64,000 bases of DNA, from NCBI RefSeq assembly GCF_963676685.1, contig NC_092353.1:9424001-9488000 (forward strand), read 5' to 3'. The DNA is from Mytilus edulis (taxonomy: Eukaryota). This document shows, in pieces, positions 39,362 to 50,081 of the stretch (the stretch's first letter is position 1; each line of letters begins with the position of its first letter). The position numbers and the translations under genes are program-made. Under the pieces are notes generated by a model that did no database searches, was not told the origin of the DNA, and saw nothing but the letters and a program-made list of their open reading frames with translations.

Positions 39362-42300
39362 CACGGCCGACACTCGGCTAACCGAGAGATTGGTCGGTTA
39401 ATCTATATTGAGTATGTGGCTATATCGGCGGTGGGTCTGTTAATCGGGTTGGCTAAAGTCTGTTAATCAGGTGTTATCGAGGAAATCATTGGAAATTCTG
39501 CATGTTTTATTGTATAACTTTTTAAATATATGTTTATCATAAAAATTATTCATGTCTAACAAAACCATTCAATGTACTGAATCCAGTGGTATAATTATTA
39601 TTTTTCTAGCTCGGAAGTACGATCTATAAAATGAAAAGGCGTGTTACTCATCAATAAATTTATACACATTTTACACACACAAAATGTACACAAAAAGACA
39701 CGTTGGTTGAATTTACTTGCATAAGATATTTTGCAACATCGAGCAAAGACAGGCATTATGTTTGTCAACCAAATTGATATCATTGTGTGAAAAATCTACA
39801 CAAAAATCTGTATTTTGGTGACATAAATCAATCTTTATTTAAAACTTGGTCTGTTAATGGGTCGGATGTATAAAACCCGGTCTGTTAATTGGTCTGTTAA
39901 GAGTTAATGAATGGCAATAAAAGTATAATTTTATTGCTGTATGGGGTGTTATCGGATCAAATGGGTAGGCTCAAGACGAGTGGCTAAAATATACGGAAAC
40001 AACACATGAGCAATGAAACATAACATATACGGAAACACTGACATGAACAATGAATTTAGGCCATATATTGAAAACTGATATAAAAAAGTGTAATATTAAA
40101 GTATTATTATACATCATGTTAAAATGCCATATTTTGATTGCCTAATACGAAGGTGTTAATTTACTCTATCACATGGCTGAGCGGGTGACAATTTTTTGGA
40201 ATGTCACCATCTCGGCTAGACCAATCAAAAATCGGCAGTTTAAACGACAATGAATTGAATCTACATCAAGTTATTTTATAGACAATGCTTAAAGTTCTAA
40301 TTTACTATACAACGAAGCGTGGAACGACTCAAACTTATTTCTTTTACAATTGTTGGAAAAACGTATTTCACTTGTTAATATTTTTACGTTAAAACCTATA
40401 AATCATTGTGTGTTATGCTTATTGTTGATATTAAACGCATTCGTTCACCATCGATGGGTTTCAACTGGTGATGTACATTTCATCATAGTCATTGTGATGT
40501 ATATTTCTCAGCCAGATATGAGGCCTTTTGAAAGGGGTAATTACCCAAAATTTAAATAAAATAAATAACAATAGCAACAATTGAAATTTTTTTTTCTTGA
40601 TAGCAAAGCTTTTTTTCCGTTTCGGGCCTAATCCTTGTATCGTTTATATGTCAAGTCAATGCACTACTATTGTCTATTTACTTCACTTCTGATGATTTTT
40701 CAAATACCCGTTACGCTGTCAAGTACGTGACTACATAGAAATTACTTTATAATAAAACTCACCTGTTAAAAAAAATGATGATAGGACATTCATTATAATA
40801 AATCAAATATCACATAGCTGAGAGGGTGATAGAGCAGATCGGTATCCCTCGAAAAAACATTGTCAACCTTGGCTTTTTATTTATATCTTATCACAAATTT
40901 GTTACGGATACGGATAAATTTTTAAGATTAATTAACCTGTTATGTTTCATTAAATTGTTATAATTGAACTTCTTTTCCCTCTTTTCTGCAACACTTAAAT
41001 ATGTGATAAAAAGCTTATTAATAAAGATTATAACATGTTTTTCCATATTTGCCCTGGTACCATCCCTCGACCCATATTGGCCCTCGGCTAAAGCCTCGAG
41101 GCCGATATGGGAGTCTCGGGATGATACCAGGGCTAATATAGAAAAGGGCATGTTATAATCTATACATATTGATTTCATTCAAAAATGGTCGCATATATCA
41201 TGTGGATTCTTTTTAGGTTGTCATGAATGACACTAATTTGTATCTAAATTGGTATTAACCAGTATAAAATCAGAGATATATAAACGTCGTAATGTAACTA
41301 AACATCAGTAAGTAAAATATATTGGGATTCTAGAATAAATAAAGAATAAAGAAATAATAATGAGTAAGATAAAATAAAATGTAGAGAAAAGTAACAAACA
41401 ATTTAAAGAATATAGAAATAAACAACACTCCCAATCCGGACCCTCATTGTATACACGAGAATCTGGATGGAAACACAGAATATATAGAATAATAGATAAG
41501 GACAGTAGGAAGTGATGCATTAATAAAAAAAGATAGAAAAAAATAATAACTGTTTGAGAATAAAGACATGAAACACCCCTGGGTGTTGAAACAGTAACGG
41601 ATTGGTATGTACTCATATTGGTAATAAATGCTAAAAGTTTACATGCGGAGAACTGCAGTTCTCCTCTGCACTTATGTAGAAAGGAACTAAACGGAATAAA
41701 ATGAATTAAAACTTAAGATACCCAAATGTAGCATTCGCTCCTTTCCATTTACTTCTTTAGACTGATTTGTAAACAACAGATGATTCAGTAATAGAAGAAA
41801 AGAACCAATCGGATGATGTTGACGATTTAGAGTTTAACGTCCAGTGACAAATATCATGTGCATATGAGAACAACAACACGTTATATGTACCCTGTGTTGT
41901 ATTAGAAAGACACTTTCGGTCGGATTTGAGAACGTGCTACTTTGAACAGACACAAAAATTAAGGCTGAAGAAAACGTTAATAATAGATTCATGCATATTC
42001 CAGCCGGCAATCCATATCCATATATTGAAGTGACACACCCCTTAATAAAATGCAAAGGAAGTCAAAATAAAAATGTTCTTACTAGAAGGATACTGTTGCA
42101 GCGTATTGTCATTTTTTTTTTACTCAAGAGCATCTCATTCTTAACTTTTTCAAAGGGAAAATATAAAGGTAGCACAACTATTGTCGTGGCTAAATAACTC
42201 TTAACTGACACAATTTCAATTGTCCAACCCATTAACAGACTTTATTCCCATAATGTTCACTAAAACGTGGTATTACTCACGTTATATTACAATTATGAAA

Positions 42301-42718
42301 TATTTACTAATTTCAATTTATATTTTAGAACCAAAGTACGATTTTGTGTCCTTTAAATGATATCTAAAATTGTTTTTGTCGCCTTTCATTACAAAAATTG
42401 CTATGCGTATAAGCATAAATACTACATACTTGCGCGACGCCTTTTAGTTTTACTGAAAACTGCGCAGACTATGAAATGTTTTTACAGTTGGAAAATGTTC
42501 TATTACATATATCATTTTGCCAGACACTTTTCTTTTTTTGATTTGATTCTTATAATGTACCCAAAATCTGTATATTAAATAGATTTTAATATTAAAATTG
42601 TGCGTTTTACTCTTAACAGACGTATAACCAACCCGATTAACAGACCAACCGCCGATATAGCCGCATACTCAATATAGATTAACCGACCTATCTCTCGGTT
42701 AGCCGAGTGTCGGCCGTG
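39362..42718. mobile_element. Non-autonomous DNA transposon with ~90-bp TIRs beginning CACGGCCG and 5-bp TSD CGAGT (Transib/RAG-like signature)
   Basis: The TIR CACGGCCGACACTCGGCTAACCGAGAGAT..GTCGGTTAATCTATATTGAGTATG.GGCTATATCGGCGGT.GGTCTGTTAATCGGGTTGG at 39362 has its reverse complement ending at 42718. CGAGT lies at 39357-39361 and 42719-42723. No transposase ORF is present. Confidence 0.85.
41027..41160. repeat. ~134-bp imperfect palindrome (long hairpin), probably the terminus of a nested non-autonomous element
   Basis: ATTATAACATG...CCCTGGTACCATCCC...CCCATATTGGCC-CTCGGC-TAAA-GCCTCGAGGCCGATATGGG...GGGATGATACCAGGG...CATGTTATAAT. Confidence 0.8.
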
Positions 42719-44386
42719 CGAGTGTCATGTATCTTTATTGGAGAATTTTAAGGTTCCTTCGATTTTGACATGTATATTTACAATCTACTTCAAGTCAGAA
42801 TTTTATTCCTGCATATATTGAACCACATTAAAAGCCTTTTTATCTTTAATTGCATACTGTTTAAATGTTTATCTTTTCAAAAGTCAAGTAAATATATGTC
42901 TAGTAATTGACGATAGTTTGATCTTCTGTGGGCGCACGCATATTTGGAGTTTCTGTTACAGAATAATAAAATGTGTTTGTATTCCGTTCTGTTTCTTAGG
43001 CGGGATTTATTTATTTAAGTGTACAATATTCAAGTGTTAAGCTCAATAAATGTCCTTCGTTAAATCCGTTGTCAAAACTGAATGATTTTATTATAACCTA
43101 TTGACCTAGCGCGTTTTGGATTTTTATGTTCCAAAACATATTTCAGTGTCCTATTTTTTCTCTTTATGTTTTTTAATACGCAATTTTTTTCTGTATTTTT
43201 ATTAAAAGGTAAATTATGCTAAAAAGGTCAATTATTACTTAAATGACAATATTTGTTTTGAAACAATATCACGCACAAGTACGCGAGTCTCTGATATTTT
43301 ATATATATATAAATATATAAGTATTCGTAGAATATGTTGAACGATCTTCAAACTCTTCACAAGGTGAGGTCAATAGACTCGGGAAATTTCTTGTCTGACA
43401 TTTAGTATTCAAAACAAATTATTATATAATTTTATGATTTGCAAAATCACGAAAATCGGGACTGTTTGAAAGTAGCTTTGTAAATCTCCCTTGAATTAAT
43501 TTCACACAAAATGAAGTTTTTAAAAAGTTTGCATACGATACATGTCTTTAATATCTACTTCCACTGGGAATTGATTTCCATTTGATTCTGACCAAGTGAG
43601 TGAAACAAATACTACAGCAATTGACTTTACTGCACTTTGACCACTTTAAAGTAACCATTCCATAGACAATTATCATTGGTTAGATGTAACTTTCAACTAT
43701 AATTATTGTAATGATAACTTTTATTTTAGGAATGACTGTAAGATTTTGAAGACTGAATGACAAAAATGTAGTTAACATTGATTACTGTACGGTCAAAGTT
43801 ATGTCTATGAGATGATATATAAAAAAGCAACTGGTAACCAATCAAAAGACGTGTAACATCTAAAATCAAATTATAAGAAAACATTTACATAAAGTTTACC
43901 GAATTTGTACCTCCATTTCAAGCGATAGCTATGGTACTGATAAAAAAGTTATGTATATATCATTGGTGGCCTTCGACTGTTGTCTGCTCTTTGGTCGGAC
44001 TGTTGTCTATTTGACACATTCCCAATTTCTATTTTCAATTTCATTAGCAGGAAAACATTTTTTTCAGTTTCAATCTAGATGGATTAAAAATGAAAGGAAA
44101 GTCCCCGAATCAAATAATGGATTATGATACGATACTTGTGTGCTATAATTTTACATCAAATAAATGTCCTATTGTTAACAATTGCTTGGATAGATCAAGC
44201 TAACGACTCAGAAAGAAACCTCTTTAAACTAGTCATGTGTTTGTAAAAAGCAGTGTTATCGATGCTTTATTAAGGTCTTATATGAAACAGAAATAAAACA
44301 GTCAGCCTTACATTTGTAATAATAAACTTCAAAGATTTTAATTTGAATGTGTTAAACAAACGAACCAGTGACCTTTGAGAGTTAGT

Positions 44387-44867
44387 AGTAGTATATATTG
44401 TGTGGCAGCAGCAAATATTTTTGCCACGTTGACAAAAATTTTGCCCCCGTCAGCAAAAATTGCATAATATATTTGTTGGATAATATCAAAATATTGATTT
44501 TTAATTTGTAAAATATAAAAGAATGTTTTTATTTTTTTTTTCACTGCATTAAACAATTTTAATGCATTACCAATCAATTTAACATTGTTGATATGCTGGA
44601 TATGGAAGTAGTAAAAGTAAATTGAACATTTAAAAAAAAATTTCATTTCATTAAACAATTTAACGCATTACCAATCATTTAAATTGTTGATATGCTGGAT
44701 ATGGAAGTAGTAAAAGGAACATTTAAAACAATTTGAGAGCTTTAATTTGATAAAAGTTTAATTGGTAAATATAATAATTAACCCTAACCCTAACCCTAAC
44801 CCTAACCCTAACCCTAACCCAAACAAAAATATCATACATTATAAATTATTATTATTATTAATAAAAC
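44387..44867 (+). repeat. Left terminal inverted repeat (55 bp perfect, degenerate to ~480 bp)
   Basis: It matches the reverse complement of ~61831-62316 exactly over 44387-44441. Patchy similarity continues through the TAACCC repeats to TTATT..TAAAAC just before ATG 44868. Confidence 0.85.
44779..44820 (+). repeat. (TAACCC)7 telomere-type repeat inside the left TIR
   Basis: Seven perfect copies; a counterpart TAGGGTTAGGGTTA lies at 61870-61883. Confidence 0.97.
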
Positions 44868-45224
44868 ATGGATGAGATAGAATCATGTGAAAATATAGCC
44901 AGACTTGATAACATATTCGATATAATATATGCAAAGTCAGTTTTTGACATTCTGAAGAAGGAAAATCAAGTGGAACACATAAGTGGAGGAAATGCATGGG
45001 ATTTTTTTTATCAAGTAGAAACAGATAAAGTGTACACCGATTTTGTTAATTTAGTCAGACAATCAAATATTCCAGATAATGTGAGAGTCTACTATCAACT
45101 TACATTTTTACAATCAACAGATTGGAAAAATACTATATTGAAAACACCGCACAGAGCATCTCGCATAATAGATAAAGTTGAAAAAATGATAGATTTGGAA
45201 CCTATTTTTAACAATGGAAAATGA
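44868..45224 (+). CDS. Polinton hypothetical protein, 118 aa
   Basis: A clean ATG ORF starts at the TIR edge and overlaps the integrase start by 11 nt. No motif was recognised. Confidence 0.7.
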   Translation: MDEIESCENIARLDNIFDIIYAKSVFDILKKENQVEHISGGNAWDFFYQVETDKVYTDFVNLVRQSNIPDNVRVYYQLTFLQSTDWKNTILKTPHRASRIIDKVEKMIDLEPIFNNGK

Positions 45225-46368
45225 TGATTTAGATGAAAAACTTAGGAATGTATATTACAATACAGCAAATGGGGGAGCATACCTAAGTGCTGAAAAAATT
45301 TATCAAACGTTGAAGACATCAAGAGATGGAAATGTACCAAGCGTATACAAGATCAGGAAATGGATGGAAAAAATAGACGACTACAATTTACAAAAACCTG
45401 TAAAACGTAGAATTAAAAGAGTGAAAATAATTGTATCGGAACCGTATGAGCAATACGATGCTGACCTTATGGATGTATCCAACATACAGAAATATAACAA
45501 TAAGACACGTTTCCTGTTGGTTGTTATCGATATTTTCACACGGTTTTTATGGATTTATCCATTAAAAAACAAGTTTGGGAAGACAGTAGCTGATGCATTT
45601 GAAAAAATCTTCAAACATGGTAAAATCCCTTTGAAGGTTTCCACAGATGCGGGAACTGAATTCAAAAACAAAGATTTGAAACGTGTGTTTAAAAAATATG
45701 ACATTTACCATCATGTCTATTTAAATTCCGACAGTAGTAAAGCGTCAATAGCAGAGAGGGTCAATTTGACATTTCGGAGGATGATGTTCCGATATTTTAC
45801 AAAGCATAGAACTTATAGCTATCTCAATGTTCTACAAAATTTGGTAGCAAGTTATAATGCAACGCCACATAGAAGTTTAAATAATACAGCTCCAAAAGAT
45901 GTGAATGAGAAAAACAAATATGATTTGTGGGCATATATGTATATTAAAACTCCACCCAAAGAAAAACGAATCAGAGAAAAGAAAGAAACATTAAAAGTAC
46001 AACGTAAAAGAGGGAAACAGTTTCATTTTAAAATCAATGACATGGTAAGACTGAGCCATTTGAAGAAACCGTTTCAAAGAGCTTATCAGCAACAGTGGAC
46101 CTCCGAAATATTTAAAATATATAGACGATTTCTAATACATGGGAAAATCTTTTATAAAGTACAAGATTTTTTGGACAAGGAAGTTGTAGGCAATTTCAAT
46201 TATACAGAGTTGCAGCGTGTGAAAAAGGAGGCTGACGCATTGTGGTTTGTTGAGAAAGTGCTTAAATGGCGAAGGCGGAATGGTCAACGTGAGGGTTATG
46301 TAAAATTCCAGGATTGGGATAAACGTTTTTGTCAGTGGATTCCTGAGAGAGATATTGTTGACTTTTAA
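45214..46368 (+). CDS. Retroviral-like (rve, DDE) integrase with C-terminal chromodomain
   Basis: The catalytic D-D-E is in YDADLMD, STDAGTEF and IAERVN. Other motifs are YNATPHRSL and WTSEIF, and the chromodomain WFVEKVL...YVKFQDW....QWIP. Confidence 0.96.
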   Translation: MENDDLDEKLRNVYYNTANGGAYLSAEKIYQTLKTSRDGNVPSVYKIRKWMEKIDDYNLQKPVKRRIKRVKIIVSEPYEQYDADLMDVSNIQKYNNKTRFLLVVIDIFTRFLWIYPLKNKFGKTVADAFEKIFKHGKIPLKVSTDAGTEFKNKDLKRVFKKYDIYHHVYLNSDSSKASIAERVNLTFRRMMFRYFTKHRTYSYLNVLQNLVASYNATPHRSLNNTAPKDVNEKNKYDLWAYMYIKTPPKEKRIREKKETLKVQRKRGKQFHFKINDMVRLSHLKKPFQRAYQQQWTSEIFKIYRRFLIHGKIFYKVQDFLDKEVVGNFNYTELQRVKKEADALWFVEKVLKWRRRNGQREGYVKFQDWDKRFCQWIPERDIVDF

Positions 46369-46369
46369 A

Positions 46370-46777
46370 ATGAGCTTTTACATGGTCATTAACAGTAACA
46401 AAAATTTAGACATTTACCCACATAACAGACCACACAAATTCCGTACATATCTTCAGACGCCAATAGTGATGAAATCAAAATGGAAAGTCGCATTAGTTGA
46501 TATTAAATTATCATCAAATAATGATCTATATATATATGCAAACATATGCGGTGATGTAATAGTCGATGGTAACAAACAACCCTTATTGAAGCGAATATGT
46601 TGCTGCTCTCAAACTGAATACTACCACTTTGATCAACTTGCATACATTCCAGTGGTGAAAAGTGAAATAAGAGACATTGAATTCTTTATTACTGACATGC
46701 AAGGGAGTCATGCATCATTTTTAAAAAATCCAGTGTCGATTACACTGCACTTCAGGTCGTATCCATACTTTGCATGA
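46370..46777 (+). CDS. Minor capsid (penton, single jelly-roll) protein, 135 aa from ATG 46370
   Basis: It shows the Polinton penton pattern FYMVINSN...YP.N...FR..L..PI....WKVAL..I...LYIYANI....VDG...PLLK....Y.PV....I..IEF.ITD..G....F...P..ITLHFR. Confidence 0.85.
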   Translation: MSFYMVINSNKNLDIYPHNRPHKFRTYLQTPIVMKSKWKVALVDIKLSSNNDLYIYANICGDVIVDGNKQPLLKRICCCSQTEYYHFDQLAYIPVVKSEIRDIEFFITDMQGSHASFLKNPVSITLHFRSYPYFA

Positions 46778-47244
46778 TAATCATGGAATTGAACAATTCT
46801 CAATATGTGCTAGACCCTAGGACATGGATAATGTACTATGAAAATCTAGCGAATGACAAACATCACAATTCATATCTTAATAATTCATACAGAAGAACTA
46901 TCCAGAGTGGTGGTTCCCTCACTAATTCAGCAGCTAGCTTCATGGAACCAATCACATTACCACAAAGTAAACCACATGCGCAATCACCCATTAAACTTGT
47001 AACACATGCACAGCAGCAGGTGGAAAATGCTAAGTCGGAAATTAGTCGAGCTGTGAAAAAGATAAAACGCAAACGTGGGAAGTTACAAAACAGTAATAGA
47101 AAAAGCCATAGAGGGGAGCAGAAGAAAACGAAAAAGACAAAGAAAGGAGGAAGGAAAAATAAAACAAACAGTAAGAAAGGAAGTGTACAGAGTGTGAAAA
47201 AAAGATTAAAGAATCAGCTAATTGAAAAGGATATTTTCCAGTAA
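46774..47244 (+). CDS. Basic Lys/Arg-rich putative virion core/DNA-condensing protein
   Basis: It has a very basic C-terminal half and an IQSGG motif, and sits between the capsid genes. It overlaps the penton stop as ATGA. Function is inferred. Confidence 0.7.
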   Translation: MIIMELNNSQYVLDPRTWIMYYENLANDKHHNSYLNNSYRRTIQSGGSLTNSAASFMEPITLPQSKPHAQSPIKLVTHAQQQVENAKSEISRAVKKIKRKRGKLQNSNRKSHRGEQKKTKKTKKGGRKNKTNSKKGSVQSVKKRLKNQLIEKDIFQ

Positions 47245-47252
47245 AATTCAAA

Positions 47253-48575
47253 ATGGCTAAAATAAATCCTGAAACATTTCATGAGCTGCAACCAAGTCAG
47301 TTGTCTTTATTCAATCTACCAGGTCATCAAACTGCAGTCACAAGAATCACATATGAACATATTCGACCAGCTGCAACTTTTACAAAGACATCGCCAATAG
47401 AGTTTCACATATCTGGTGGAACAGAGTATCTAGACTTAAGTAAATCAACAATGCATGTACGTCTAAGACTTAAAAGAGGAGATGGAACCATAGCAGATAG
47501 CAGTGACGTTAATTGCGGGCCTGTGAACTATGTTTTGCATGCATTATTTAATCAAATAGATGTTTTAATTCAAAATAAAATTGTCACATCTTCAACAGGA
47601 TTTTACCCTTACAAAGCTTATATGCAAACTTTATTGAAATATGGGAAAGAAGCTAAAGAATCGCAGCTCTCAAGTCAATTATGGATAGACGATCATCAAG
47701 GAACATTGGATGATGCAGATTGTAACACAGGATCAAATCTTGGGCTCTACAGAAGAACAGCATACATAAAAAATGGTAAAACTGTTGATCTTGAAGGAAA
47801 CATTTTCCATCCCCTGTTTTCAATGAATCGTTACATATTAAATCAAGTAGGAGTTACTGTGAAATTCTACAGATCGAGACCAGAATTTTATCTAATGTCG
47901 GTTGATGAAGATGCTGATTATTACCTTGAGATTGAAGATATGTATCTATCAATAGCAAAGATCCACGTTCACCCCGGCATTGTATATGGCCACGATTCTA
48001 TACTCAGGACAGTAAACGCTAAATATCCCATTGTGCAAAATGATGTTCGCACAATTTCACTTCCAGCTGGTCAAATAAGTTTTAACTTCAACAACATATT
48101 CCAGAATAATAGACCCAATAAGGTATTGATAGCCTTTACGGGGAGTCAAAACATAGCAGGTGACTACTCACTATGTCCGTGGACATTCAAACATTGCCAC
48201 CTAAGTGAAATAAATCTTAAAGTTGAGGGAGTGCCAGTTTCCGGGAATCCTGTCAGAGTAAAATTTGACTCGTCAAGTGGAGAATCATCCATTGTTGCAT
48301 TTCGCAATCTATTTGAGGTTGCTGGGAAAACTCTGCAAGACTGTGGTAATGGATTAAACAGAGACAGTTTTTCTGAAGGATATGCCTTGTATGCCTTTCA
48401 ACTGGAACCAATTTTTGAAGGTTTAGATTATTTAACATTGAAAAGGAATGAACGTGTCAATTTGGAATGCACATTTGATTCTCCCCTCACTGAACCAACA
48501 ACTATAATCATTTATAGTGAATTTAGTGGATATTTTGAAATAACTCAAACTCGAGACATCATAATTCAAGAATGA
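47253..48575 (+). CDS. Major capsid protein (double jelly-roll), 440 aa
   Basis: It has the Maverick MCP motifs SQLSLF..P..QT, PIEFHI.G..EYLDLS, PVNY.LH.LF.QIDV, YPYKAY.QTLL.YG and GYALYAF.L. Size and position also fit. Confidence 0.93.
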   Translation: MAKINPETFHELQPSQLSLFNLPGHQTAVTRITYEHIRPAATFTKTSPIEFHISGGTEYLDLSKSTMHVRLRLKRGDGTIADSSDVNCGPVNYVLHALFNQIDVLIQNKIVTSSTGFYPYKAYMQTLLKYGKEAKESQLSSQLWIDDHQGTLDDADCNTGSNLGLYRRTAYIKNGKTVDLEGNIFHPLFSMNRYILNQVGVTVKFYRSRPEFYLMSVDEDADYYLEIEDMYLSIAKIHVHPGIVYGHDSILRTVNAKYPIVQNDVRTISLPAGQISFNFNNIFQNNRPNKVLIAFTGSQNIAGDYSLCPWTFKHCHLSEINLKVEGVPVSGNPVRVKFDSSSGESSIVAFRNLFEVAGKTLQDCGNGLNRDSFSEGYALYAFQLEPIFEGLDYLTLKRNERVNLECTFDSPLTEPTTIIIYSEFSGYFEITQTRDIIIQE

Positions 48576-49039
48576 ACACTATGCAATTGGAGTGTATGAT
48601 TAATTGTGATGAACTAATGAAGGATAAAATTGTTGGTATATTTGCAGCAGATCAGATACCTAAGATAGTGAGAAATCGACCCATGGGATTTATTTGTAAC
48701 ACTGAAAATCATTTTGAGAATGGTGCACACTGGATCGCCTTTTTCATAAATGAGGAACGAAGAGGGATATTTTTCGACAGCTTCGCACACTCTCCCGATT
48801 ATTATTCACGTCACTTCTTAAAATTCTTTGAACACAATGCGATATCTCTGGAAATAAATCAAAAACGATTACAGAGTGAGAATTCATCAGTATGCGGTCA
48901 ATATTGCATTTTCATCTTATCACTCTTATGTAGAGAGTATGATCTAACTAACATTCACGATTTTTTCAGTGATAATCATCAAGCAAACGACATCTTTGTT
49001 TTCAATGTGATTGGTAAAACCTATTCACACTGCATATGA
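48572..49039 (+). CDS. Adenain-like (Ulp1-fold) cysteine maturation protease
   Basis: Catalytic motifs are GAHWIAF (His), FFDSF (Asp) and LQSENSSVCGQYC (Gln/Cys). Confidence 0.95.
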   Translation: MNTMQLECMINCDELMKDKIVGIFAADQIPKIVRNRPMGFICNTENHFENGAHWIAFFINEERRGIFFDSFAHSPDYYSRHFLKFFEHNAISLEINQKRLQSENSSVCGQYCIFILSLLCREYDLTNIHDFFSDNHQANDIFVFNVIGKTYSHCI

Positions 49040-49101
49040 AAAAGTGTTTAAAATGATGAGACACATGGTAACAATCATCATTCGAGCAAGAGGTGATCAT
49101 C

Positions 49102-49743
49102 ATGAGTTTGGTGAAATTTCAAACACCCATGACTTCAATATGTGTCGGTCCAACGGGTTCAGGAAAAACTACATACATTAAAAGATTATTAGAGAACGCT
49201 CAGGAAATGTTTACAATACCACCTCAGAAGATATACTACTGTTACAGCATATGGCAAGATGTCTTCGATGAATTGAAAAAAACTGTCTCCAACATTTCAT
49301 TTCAACTGGAACTGCCTGATGAAAGTGATTTTCTTGTTGATAAGGATATACACACATTATGGATCATTGATGATAAAATGGATGAAGTAGTGGACTGTAA
49401 ACTGATGCAGAAGATTTATTGCGTTTTAAGTCATCACACCTTAACATCAATTATTTTTATACTACAAAATTTATATCAGAAGGGGAAGGTTATGCGATCA
49501 ATCAGTTTGAATTCTCACGTCTTTTTTCTTTTCAAAAATGGTAGAGATTCACTGCAAATACAATCTTTAGCTCGACAAATGTTTCCAGGTCAAGTTCGCT
49601 TTTTCATGGACGTTTACCAACGTGCAATTAGCAGACCATACAATTGCTTGATAGTGGATATAGCACCAGGTTCAAACCCTGAATATCAGTTGCGCGCAAA
49701 TCCTTTTCCGGGGGAGGACACGATTGTTTATCAACCAAAATGA
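49102..49743 (+). CDS. A32/FtsK-HerA-type genome packaging ATPase (ATG 49102)
   Basis: Walker A is GPTGSGKT and Walker B is WIIDD. Further motifs are SHH, ILQNL, RSISLN and FKNGRD..QI..LARQMFP. Confidence 0.95.
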   Translation: MSLVKFQTPMTSICVGPTGSGKTTYIKRLLENAQEMFTIPPQKIYYCYSIWQDVFDELKKTVSNISFQLELPDESDFLVDKDIHTLWIIDDKMDEVVDCKLMQKIYCVLSHHTLTSIIFILQNLYQKGKVMRSISLNSHVFFLFKNGRDSLQIQSLARQMFPGQVRFFMDVYQRAISRPYNCLIVDIAPGSNPEYQLRANPFPGEDTIVYQPK

Positions 49744-50081
49744 TTTTAAAAGAATCAAGTAGAAGCTTCCTTAAATTATTGGCGAACACTACACCTGAAC
49801 AATCTGCTCAAATCATAAAAAGCACGGACCACAGACAATTACAACTATTAGTAGAAATAGTATTCAACTGTCTAAAAAGCGTCATACCATTGTCTGAGAG
49901 GGTTAAAAGGAATCTTTCAACTTTTGCAAAGTTCATTCGTGCTGTGGTAGTTAATAATATAACACCTCAGTTGAGGAGAAAACGTTTACTGAAGATAATT
50001 GTTATTATTCCAACATTGATATCATCTTTTTTCAAATACTATGACTCGGGAGTTAATACTATTACCCAAGGAGAAATATGA
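49740..50081 (+). CDS. Conserved small Polinton protein (PW-like), 113 aa
   Basis: The pattern FLKLL.....Q...IIK.....QL..L.EI..N.L...IPL....K..L......IR........RRK.L resembles the small basic Maverick ORF as I recall it. It overlaps the ATPase stop as ATGA. Confidence 0.6.
   Translation: MILKESSRSFLKLLANTTPEQSAQIIKSTDHRQLQLLVEIVFNCLKSVIPLSERVKRNLSTFAKFIRAVVVNNITPQLRRKRLLKIIVIIPTLISSFFKYYDSGVNTITQGEI

Noticed and set aside
44338-44658. ORFs sharing AKIFAAATQYILLL (also 62276-62464 and 62251-62442)
   Set aside because: These are translations of the TIRs crossing the element boundary, not genes.
44779-44820. True chromosome end or assembly join at the telomeric repeat
   Set aside because: There are only seven copies, internal to an element with matching TSDs and a mirrored copy in the other TIR.
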